Source: Chitinophaga pinensis
GTDB lineage: Bacteria > Bacteroidota > Bacteroidia > Bacteroidales > GCA-2748055
Length of the DNA stretch: 64,000 bases
Direction: 5' to 3'
Assembly: GCA_945863035.1 (NCBI GenBank)
Contig: CAMAZH010000002.1
Coordinates: 8,140 to 72,139, forward strand
Shown here: one piece after another, positions 46,210 to 54,569 of the stretch
Layout of the letters: each line of letters starts with the position of its first letter
Position numbering within the stretch: position 1 is the stretch's first letter
Position numbers and translations under genes: made by a program
The notes under the pieces: model-generated
Seen by the model: the letters and a program-made list of their open reading frames with translations, nothing else
Told to the model about the DNA's origin: nothing
Databases searched by the model: none

Positions 46210-49200
46210 ATGATGTGCTGCATGAAAATGATTAGAAACCGGAACTACTTTCTCAGACTTGCAATAATAATCGGTTTGGGAACTGGGTTAAGCGCAAATG
46301 CGCAGGAGGCATTAAGGTTTCATCACCTATCCGTAAACAACGGTTTATCGAACAGCAATGTCAGTTGTATTTATCAGGATTCAACGGGTTATATATGGAT
46401 TGGCACTGAAGACGGGATAAATCGCTTTAACGGTCAGGAAATTAATCAGTACAACAGCAAATACGAAGGGGTTGAAAGTCCAAGAACCAATCAGATAAGC
46501 GCCATGTGTCAAAGCAAAGGCGATGATTTTTGGATTTCGCACAAGAAAGGGATTGATCACTACACGAGTGATCTGGATCAATTTCAACCCATTCCCCTGA
46601 AAGAATCGGATGGTGAATCAATTAAACTTCCGACTCTAACCTTGCATAAGGATAATGAAGGGAATGTACTTGCAGGAACCAGCAGAGGTATTTTTAGCTT
46701 GGATAAAACTGAAGGTTGTTTTAGGAGGATGATTATCCCCAGTGCCAATTTCATCAACAACGAAGAGATAACCTATATCACTTCCGACCGACACGGTAAT
46801 TATTGGATCGGAACTTTAAATAAGGGTGTGTACTCCTATAATATCGGATCTCAAGTCCTCACAGAATTAAGTCAGGTCGAAAACGGGATTAACACACTGG
46901 TTAACAACAAAATATTTCACCTTTACGAAGACAGTAACAACTCCTTGTGGATTGGGTCTGAACAGGGCTTATACAAATATGGGTTGAACGACAAGTCGTT
47001 GGTTAGATTTCCCACCGAACCGGGAAAAAGCAACTCCTTACCTCACAGAACGGTTTCTCAAATCTTTGAAGACAACCAGAACAGACTATGGGTTCTTACA
47101 AATGCCGGATTGTGCAAATACAACCGAAGCAGCAACACATTTCACGTTTTCAGAAACAATGATTCCGATCCCTTCAGCCTTAGCAACAATGCCATAAGAT
47201 GCATCATGCAGGATATTCATAATAATATTTGGATTGGCACCTATGAGAACGGAGTTAATATTCTAAAATCAAAAAGTATCGAGTTTGAGAATGTTTCAAA
47301 AGCATCCAACCAGAATAAGGGTTTGAATTACGCTTATGTAAAAAGTATCACAGGCGATATGAAGGACCAAATATGGATCGGAACGAACGGAGGTGGATTA
47401 AACATTTATAATTATAAGGAAAATCGTTTCAGCTATATATTGCCAGATGAAAAAACCAATGGAGGAATTAAATCGGATGCTGTAAACTGTTTGCTATTCG
47501 ATGAGAGAGGTATTCTATGGATTGGCACATACCTCGGAGGGCTGACCCGTTATGATCCGTATCGCAATATATACAAAACATTTTTGCACAATCCGATGGA
47601 TTCGACGAGCATCAGCAACAATATTATAAACAGGCTTTACCTCGACTCCAAAAAAAATCTCTGGATCAGCACAAACAATGGAATTTGCCGATTTATTCCC
47701 GAGGATGAATCGTTTATAACAATACGGAACACCGATGAGGAGTCCGCATATTCGCTTACAAGCGTTTTCTGCACGGTATTATTGGAAGATGCTGAAGGAA
47801 TGATTTGGATTGGGACATACTACGGGTTAAACCGTTTGGATCCAAATACCGGCATTATCAACAAGTATTTATCCTCGGAAAAGCCTGGAAGCCTGTCTGA
47901 CAATAATATATCTGCAATTATGGAAGACAGTGAGAAAAGAATCTGGATAGGAACATCGTTGGGATTAAATCTATTTCAGCCGGAAACGGGCAGTTTTGCA
48001 TTCTACACCACTGCTGACGGGCTTCCCAATAATTCAGTGAACGGAATTATGGAAGATTCACAAGGGAAATTATGGATCAGCACCAATAATGGTTTATCGG
48101 TCATGAATCCTGTTACTGGCAGTTTCTCGAACTTCGATTTCAACGACGGACTGATAACAACCGAATTTGAAAACGGGGCTTATTACCAATCCCCCGACAG
48201 GAAATTTTATTTTGGCGGAAAAAAAGGATACATATCCTTCTATCCGGATAAGTACAAAGCTGCAGAGAACAGGTACTCAATTATTATCGATAAGCTCTTC
48301 ATCAACAACAAACTTGTGATCCCGGGTGAGAAAAAATCCCCGCTCACACGTTCAGTGAGTAAAACCAGTCTGATAGAACTAAAGTATAACCAATCGTTTT
48401 TCGGTTTTGATTTTGCTTCCCTGAATTATATTAACCCGGAGAAAGACCGCTACGCATACAAATTGGAGAATTTTGACGATCAATGGATTGATATCGGCAA
48501 TAAAACGACGGCAAATTACACCAACATACCTCCCGGGAAATATTCGTTTTTAATTAGAGTAACTCACAACAATAATTCAACCAGTTACAGCAAACCTATT
48601 CAAATACAGGTATTTCCGCCCATTTGGAAAACGGCCTATGCCTATGTTTTTTATATTCTACTGATTTTTACAGCAATTTATCTTGTATGGAATTATTACA
48701 ATGCAAAAACCATTTACAAACACAATTTGCAAATTGAGAGGATCGAAAACGAAAAAATAATTGAACTCAACCAGTCGAAATTGAAGTTCTTTATAAATGT
48801 ATCCCACGAATTCAAAACTCCTCTGACCTTAATAATGTCTCCAATAGAGAAGTTGATTAAAAGTACTGAATACCGCGATAATCCTGAACTATTTCTCCGG
48901 ACCCTCAAGATAATATACCGGAATGCCGAGCGATTATCACGATTGATTTCTCAGATAATGGATTTAAGGAAAATTGATACTAATAATATCAAGCTTGGGG
49001 TGAATAAGTACGAGTTCGTTCAATTTGTCAGAGAAATCGCTGAAGGTTTCAACGATTTTGCTATAGATCACGCCATTACATTCGATATAAAAAGCTCCGT
49101 TCAAGCACTCGATGTATGGTTTGATCATGACAAAATAGAGAAATCGATATTTAACATACTGAGTAACGCCTTCCGATACACACCAGATCGGGGGATCGTT

Positions 49201-50382
49201 ATAATCAGTATTGACAGGGTGCAAAAAGGTGTTGATGCCACTAAGGTTGCAGAAAACACGGAGTATGTAAAAGTATCGATAAGCGATAACGGTAAAGGGA
49301 TATCTTCGGAAAAAATAAATAAAATCTTTAACAGGTTTTATCAGGCCGATGACAATATTTTAGCCAATCCGGCCAGTAGCGGGATCGGATTGTCGATTGC
49401 GAAGGAATTTATTGAAATTCATAAAGGGATAATTACGGTTGAAAGCACTCTGAACCAAGGAAGCAATTTCACAATATACCTCCCCCTAGGAAAAGATCAC
49501 TTTTCACAAGAAGATTTTGCGGAAATCCTACCTAAGATCAACCTTACTCATTTGCTCTCCACCCAAGCCTATAATCCTAAACGGAACACGCCTAAAGCCA
49601 GCAATGAGCCTGGAAACGCCAAGTATAAAATTCTGGTTGCGGAGGATAATAATGAATTAAGAAATTTCATTCTCGACAACCTTGAGCTGGACTATGAGGT
49701 ATTCGAGGCCGGCAATGGCGCAGAAGCCATGAAAATGGCAACCAGCGTGCACCCGAATCTGATCCTGTCAGATATCATGATGCCTGAAATAAGCGGTTAT
49801 GAACTGTGTAAGCAACTTAAGCTAAATATCGACACGAGTCACATTCCAATAATTCTCATCACCGTGATCAGCGAGTTGGACGAACAGATCAACGCCTTTG
49901 ATATCGGCGCCGACGATTATGTGGTAAAGCCATTCAACATGAGTCTGCTGGAAGCAAAAATACGATCGATACTTCGAAATCGGCTGATACTGACCCAAAA
50001 ATACATGGTTGAACCCCGAATGGAAATTCATAAACTCGCTACCAACTCGCTGGACGAGGAATTTCTAAAAAAAGCAGTTGATTCTGTTGCGAAAAACATG
50101 GATAACTTTGATTATTCCGTGGAAGATATCTGTCGTGAATTAGCCTTGAGCAGGAGCAGGCTTCATATCAAGCTAAAAGCTCTCACAAATCAGTCGGCCA
50201 CCGAATTCATCAGGGCCACCCGGTTAAGAAGAGCTGCAACACTGCTAGAAAACCCCAGGTATAATATTTCTGAAGTATCCTATATGGTTGGCTTCAACAA
50301 CATTTCCTATTTCAACAGGTGCTTCAGAAAGCACTTCAATAAGACACCGTCGGAATACCAAAAAGATCCCTTTTCAACTTGA
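46210..50382 (+). CDS. Hybrid two-component system sensor kinase/response regulator (HTCS) with AraC-type output
   Basis: 1390 aa and a paralogue of the 33220-37341 protein. It has beta-propeller repeats, a TM helix, H-box SHEFKTPLTLI, HATPase, receiver (SDIMMPEISGYEL) and AraC HTH (GFNNISYFNRCFRKHFNKTPSEY). Alternative ATG starts are at 46222 and 46228. Confidence 0.92.
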   Translation: MMCCMKMIRNRNYFLRLAIIIGLGTGLSANAQEALRFHHLSVNNGLSNSNVSCIYQDSTGYIWIGTEDGINRFNGQEINQYNSKYEGVESPRTNQISAMCQSKGDDFWISHKKGIDHYTSDLDQFQPIPLKESDGESIKLPTLTLHKDNEGNVLAGTSRGIFSLDKTEGCFRRMIIPSANFINNEEITYITSDRHGNYWIGTLNKGVYSYNIGSQVLTELSQVENGINTLVNNKIFHLYEDSNNSLWIGSEQGLYKYGLNDKSLVRFPTEPGKSNSLPHRTVSQIFEDNQNRLWVLTNAGLCKYNRSSNTFHVFRNNDSDPFSLSNNAIRCIMQDIHNNIWIGTYENGVNILKSKSIEFENVSKASNQNKGLNYAYVKSITGDMKDQIWIGTNGGGLNIYNYKENRFSYILPDEKTNGGIKSDAVNCLLFDERGILWIGTYLGGLTRYDPYRNIYKTFLHNPMDSTSISNNIINRLYLDSKKNLWISTNNGICRFIPEDESFITIRNTDEESAYSLTSVFCTVLLEDAEGMIWIGTYYGLNRLDPNTGIINKYLSSEKPGSLSDNNISAIMEDSEKRIWIGTSLGLNLFQPETGSFAFYTTADGLPNNSVNGIMEDSQGKLWISTNNGLSVMNPVTGSFSNFDFNDGLITTEFENGAYYQSPDRKFYFGGKKGYISFYPDKYKAAENRYSIIIDKLFINNKLVIPGEKKSPLTRSVSKTSLIELKYNQSFFGFDFASLNYINPEKDRYAYKLENFDDQWIDIGNKTTANYTNIPPGKYSFLIRVTHNNNSTSYSKPIQIQVFPPIWKTAYAYVFYILLIFTAIYLVWNYYNAKTIYKHNLQIERIENEKIIELNQSKLKFFINVSHEFKTPLTLIMSPIEKLIKSTEYRDNPELFLRTLKIIYRNAERLSRLISQIMDLRKIDTNNIKLGVNKYEFVQFVREIAEGFNDFAIDHAITFDIKSSVQALDVWFDHDKIEKSIFNILSNAFRYTPDRGIVIISIDRVQKGVDATKVAENTEYVKVSISDNGKGISSEKINKIFNRFYQADDNILANPASSGIGLSIAKEFIEIHKGIITVESTLNQGSNFTIYLPLGKDHFSQEDFAEILPKINLTHLLSTQAYNPKRNTPKASNEPGNAKYKILVAEDNNELRNFILDNLELDYEVFEAGNGAEAMKMATSVHPNLILSDIMMPEISGYELCKQLKLNIDTSHIPIILITVISELDEQINAFDIGADDYVVKPFNMSLLEAKIRSILRNRLILTQKYMVEPRMEIHKLATNSLDEEFLKKAVDSVAKNMDNFDYSVEDICRELALSRSRLHIKLKALTNQSATEFIRATRLRRAATLLENPRYNISEVSYMVGFNNISYFNRCFRKHFNKTPSEYQKDPFST

Positions 50383-50433
50383 CAATGATACCCCATCAAT
50401 TCGTGGGCGATTTTTAAAGTGGGATTGGGAATA

Positions 50434-51633
50434 CTAATCGATCCGGTTCAGGAGCTCCACACATGCCCTTCCGTTATGGTAAGGGCATTTCCACAATCCC
50501 GCCTTGCAATGTGGTTTTATGGGTTTTAAGTTTTGATCAATTCGGAAAAACCATTCTCCGTTTTCATGATCAACAAAATATTCGTTAATAAACTTACCAG
50601 TTTGAACCGCGTATTCGATATATTTCCCATCCCCTGTCAGCTGGTAGGTATTCAAAAGACCCACGATAGCTTCGGCTTGCGGCCACCATTCGAATTCATG
50701 GTCAGCATGCAGCCCTGACCTGTCGCTCTCATGGTACAAGCCTCCTTCGGGGCTTAGCCCTTCCAGAGCCGCATCGGTAATCGATGGCAGTAATGTTTCA
50801 ATTTTGCTTATCAGTTCAGCATTTCCCGTCACCAGGGCAGCCTCGTGCAGTAACCATCCAGCTTCGATGTCATGACCGAAAGAAACTGCGGATGACTTTG
50901 CATCCCATTTCTCATTAAAAAAAAGTTTCAGATGGGAATCGTCGGGAGAAATTATTTTCTCAAGAAAAATACGGATCAGGTTTTCGGTTTTTTGCAACAG
51001 CTCCTCGTTTTTCCAAACCCGGTATAAGTTCGTATAGGCTTCCAGAATATGCAAATGAGTATTCATTGTTTTTTTCTCATTCATATCTTTCACACTCAGC
51101 CTCAAATCACTAACAGCGGTCCAATCACCGGCGAATGCCTCGAAATATCCATTGTTTTCAGGATCGAAGGATTTCTCTTCAATAAGATGGAAAAGGTCGA
51201 TTATTCGCTTCAGTGCTTCCTGATCATTTGTGATTTTGTAATACTCGCTCATGCCATAGATTACGAAAGCCAGCGCGTAAATCTGCTTTCGGGTTTCATG
51301 GGGAGTGCCGTTCTGCTTCACGGTCCAGAAATAGCCCCCATTCGCCTTATCGTAGAAAAAATCGCATAAATATCTGAAGGCACGTTCGGCCATTATAAGA
51401 TCGGAAGGATTTGCTGTTAAGGGATATACAGAAGAGAAGGCCCATAAAATCCGGGCATTCATGATCAATCCCCTGGGAGCATTATCAACGATTTGTCCGT
51501 CGAAGTTCAACTCTCCGTGAAATCCTCCCTGCTCCGGATCTGCGACTTTTTCCCTCCAAAAAGGAAGAATTACATTGTTGAGCTGGTCTGAAGCAAATCT
51601 TTTAAGCCATTCCAGCTTTTCTTCTGTTTGCAT
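50434..51633 (-). CDS. AGE-family epimerase (cellobiose/mannobiose 2-epimerase-like)
   Basis: N-acylglucosamine 2-epimerase fold (ILPFWREKVADPEQGGFHGEL...NARILWAFS...). It is adjacent to GH130 and a GPH symporter, as in the Bacteroides fragilis mannan pathway. Confidence 0.82.
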   Translation of the reverse strand: MQTEEKLEWLKRFASDQLNNVILPFWREKVADPEQGGFHGELNFDGQIVDNAPRGLIMNARILWAFSSVYPLTANPSDLIMAERAFRYLCDFFYDKANGGYFWTVKQNGTPHETRKQIYALAFVIYGMSEYYKITNDQEALKRIIDLFHLIEEKSFDPENNGYFEAFAGDWTAVSDLRLSVKDMNEKKTMNTHLHILEAYTNLYRVWKNEELLQKTENLIRIFLEKIISPDDSHLKLFFNEKWDAKSSAVSFGHDIEAGWLLHEAALVTGNAELISKIETLLPSITDAALEGLSPEGGLYHESDRSGLHADHEFEWWPQAEAIVGLLNTYQLTGDGKYIEYAVQTGKFINEYFVDHENGEWFFRIDQNLKPIKPHCKAGLWKCPYHNGRACVELLNRID

Positions 51634-51648
51634 AGGATAAGTACCGAA

Positions 51649-52839
51649 TTACAGTATAGATTTATAAATATCCCCGGTATTTTTATTCCGGGTAATCAAA
51701 GTGTTAATGGTTTCGACTGAAGCCGCTGATCTCAAACCGTCTTCCGGGGTGTTGACACAATAATCGATGAGTTTTTCAATGCTTGTTTTTGCCACATGTA
51801 AGCGGGTATCGGAGCTGGCATAATAGATAAACACAGAGCCGTCGGAATCTTCAATCCACCCGTTTGAGAAAGCTACATTTGACACATCCCCTACCCTTTC
51901 CTCACCTACGGGAGCAATAAAATACCCTGCGGGTTTATGAATAATAATGGAGGGGTCGTTCAGATCCGACATGAAAACATAAAGGACGTACCTTAATCCT
52001 GCAGCCGTGTTTCTTACCCCATGTGCCAGTTGCAGCCAGCCCTTTGGTGTTTTGATGGGAGCCGGTCCCAGACCGTTTTTCACTTCATTAATGGTATGGT
52101 ATGCCTTGGGGTCCAAGATAATCTCTTCCTTAACTTCTGCCCTATCCATGCTGTCGGTTAAGCCAAAGCCAATGCCCCCACCCGAGCCTGTATCGATAAA
52201 CCCATCCTGAGGCCGGGTATAAAGAGCGTACTTACCCTTAATAAACTCAGGATGCAGCACAACATTTCTCTGTTGGCCCGAATAGCTGATCAAATCAGGA
52301 AGTCTCTCCCATACGACCAGGTCTTTTGTACGCGCTATTCCGCATGCAGCAACGGCAGCAGACTGATTACCTGCAGGTGCATTCGGATCGCGTCGCTCAG
52401 TGCAGAACAATCCGTACATCCAACCGTCTTCGTGCGCCACTATGCGCATGTCGTATACATTTGTGTCGGGATTTTCGGTTTCCGGCAATGTTATCGGGTA
52501 TTCCCAAAACTTAAAATTATCGATCCCGTTAGGGCTTTCTGCAACCGCGAAGAAGGATTTCCTGTCATTTCCTTCAACACGCACTATCACAACGTATTTA
52601 TTGTTGAATTTTATGGCTCCCGCATTAAAAGCGGCGTTTATCCCAATCCTCTCCATGAAAAAAGGATTTGTTTCTTGGTTGAGATCATACCGCCAATGAA
52701 GGGGTGCATGTTCTGCCGTAAGAACAGGATTCTCGTAGCGTTCGTAAATCCCATTGGAAGAAAAAACAGGCCGATTTGCCTTTTCAATAAGTTGTTTGTG
52801 CTGTTTCTTAACAACCTCAAGTCGTTGATGGAAGTTCAT
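51649..52839 (-). CDS. GH130 beta-1,4-mannosylglucose phosphorylase-like
   Basis: Strong resemblance to GH130_1 enzymes ([42 protein letters not shown]...[29 protein letters not shown]...[21 protein letters not shown]). Confidence 0.88.
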   Translation of the reverse strand: MNFHQRLEVVKKQHKQLIEKANRPVFSSNGIYERYENPVLTAEHAPLHWRYDLNQETNPFFMERIGINAAFNAGAIKFNNKYVVIVRVEGNDRKSFFAVAESPNGIDNFKFWEYPITLPETENPDTNVYDMRIVAHEDGWMYGLFCTERRDPNAPAGNQSAAVAACGIARTKDLVVWERLPDLISYSGQQRNVVLHPEFIKGKYALYTRPQDGFIDTGSGGGIGFGLTDSMDRAEVKEEIILDPKAYHTINEVKNGLGPAPIKTPKGWLQLAHGVRNTAAGLRYVLYVFMSDLNDPSIIIHKPAGYFIAPVGEERVGDVSNVAFSNGWIEDSDGSVFIYYASSDTRLHVAKTSIEKLIDYCVNTPEDGLRSAASVETINTLITRNKNTGDIYKSIL

Positions 52840-53018
52840 GATTTATGATAGTTAATTGTTTAAACAGTTTGTCATCGGGATTGGCTGGAAGCGAAAACGA
52901 ACTGAGTCAATCGATTCCTGTGCCGCCGAAAAAGCATTAGTACCAATGAAAAGAGTAAGAAAAACAGAGCTGACAACCTTCATAAGGTAAAAATATTTTG
53001 GCATACAAATATAACATT

Positions 53019-54449
53019 TCAATTCACTTCAGCACTTCTTCGTTCGCTCAGTTCCTTGTTAATATTACTCATGAATTCGTCGCTCAACTTATAACGGTAA
53101 ATAAGCACTGCAGACAAGAGCGCTCCCGCTGCGGGGATAAAGCTAAGCATCATCCGTATTCCGTTGAGGGATTCTTCCGTCTGCACCGCGTTGGCTTTGA
53201 AACCATAAAATGCAAGAAGCCAACCTGTAAGAGCTCCTCCCAGTGTCCAACCCATTTTCTGCGACATCGACGAGGAAGAAAAGATCAGACCGGTAGCCCT
53301 TCGTCCGGTTTTCCACTCGGAGTAATCTGCAATATCGCCAAACATGCTCCATAAAAGTGGAAATATTATCCCTGCGCAAATACTGATCAGAAACTGCAGT
53401 GTGAAGATCAGAACCAATTGATCTGCTGTCTGCCAATAGAATAAAATACTCAGGCTTGCTGCCGCCAGCATGGCATAAAAGAAAGTCCTTTTTTTGCCAA
53501 GTTTGTCGGAAACAGGTTTCGCCAGGATCACCCCAACAATATTGGCAGCCTGCCCGAGAACAAGATAAAGGGTACTGTAGGTAATAGTAAGTTTCAGAGA
53601 TTCGGATTTTAAAGCTTCCTGATCGGCAATAAAGTATTTGAAATAGTAAATCGTCGAGCCATCCCGAATTGAATTGAAGATTAGAGTTGAAATACCGGCC
53701 CCCAGCAGAATAAACCAGGGCTTATTGCCAACTAAATCCTTCAGATCGTCTTTCAGGGAACTTTTCTGACTCTTCATGGGTTTGATCCGTTCGCGGGTCC
53801 AGCTAAAGGTGAAAAAGAAGAAAACGATGACGATGATACCATAAACAATCATCGAAGCCTGCCATGCCCTTTGCACAGATCGTTCGCCACTGAACAGGTT
53901 GGTGAAGGCTTCCACGAGAGGCTCAGCGGTTCCCAACACCAGAATGCTTCCCGCAAAGGCAAAAACCATCCTATACGAAGCCAGGGAAGTTCTTTCGTGC
54001 GAGTCGCTTGTCATAACCCCGATCAGTGAAGCGTAGGGCACATTAATAGCAGTATACACCATCATCATGAGCGTATAGGTTACGTAGGCATAAATAATTT
54101 TCCCTTTGAGACCCAATTCAGGTGTGGTGAAAGTTAAAACGCCGAAAATCGCAAAAGGCACAGCCATCCAGAGAAGATAGGGTCTGAACTTACCCCATCT
54201 CGAGCGGGTACGATCGGCAATCAGTCCCATTATCCCATCGTTTGTAGCATCCCATATCCGCGTAAAAAGAAACATCGTACCTACCACGGCCGCGGGTATT
54301 CCAAAAACATCGGTGTAGAAAAAGATCATGTACATGGAAAACATTTTCCAAAACATGGAAGAGGCAGCGTCGCCAAAGCCATAACCAATTTTCTCCTTAA
54401 GCGACAAACCCGACAGTGCGCTTTTATTCAATTTTTCGTTGTTTTCCAT
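53019..54449 (-). CDS. Glycoside-pentoside-hexuronide (GPH):cation symporter family MFS transporter
   Basis: 476 aa with about 12 TM helices and an N-terminal KIGYGFGDAASSMFW motif typical of MelB/GPH transporters. Confidence 0.88.
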   Translation of the reverse strand: MENNEKLNKSALSGLSLKEKIGYGFGDAASSMFWKMFSMYMIFFYTDVFGIPAAVVGTMFLFTRIWDATNDGIMGLIADRTRSRWGKFRPYLLWMAVPFAIFGVLTFTTPELGLKGKIIYAYVTYTLMMMVYTAINVPYASLIGVMTSDSHERTSLASYRMVFAFAGSILVLGTAEPLVEAFTNLFSGERSVQRAWQASMIVYGIIVIVFFFFTFSWTRERIKPMKSQKSSLKDDLKDLVGNKPWFILLGAGISTLIFNSIRDGSTIYYFKYFIADQEALKSESLKLTITYSTLYLVLGQAANIVGVILAKPVSDKLGKKRTFFYAMLAAASLSILFYWQTADQLVLIFTLQFLISICAGIIFPLLWSMFGDIADYSEWKTGRRATGLIFSSSSMSQKMGWTLGGALTGWLLAFYGFKANAVQTEESLNGIRMMLSFIPAAGALLSAVLIYRYKLSDEFMSNINKELSERRSAEVN

Positions 54450-54569
54450 CTATTACTGATTTATTATAATTTTAAAAATGACTGGATATCCCACATAAGG
54501 AAGACCCGAGCTTAAATTTCTCTCTTCATAATAAAAACTCATAATGCCGTGAGAAAAGTTCCTTTCGCG

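Noticed and set aside
52252-52848. 198-aa ORF on the plus strand
   Set aside because: It is antisense to the GH130 gene, which matches its family strongly across the full length.
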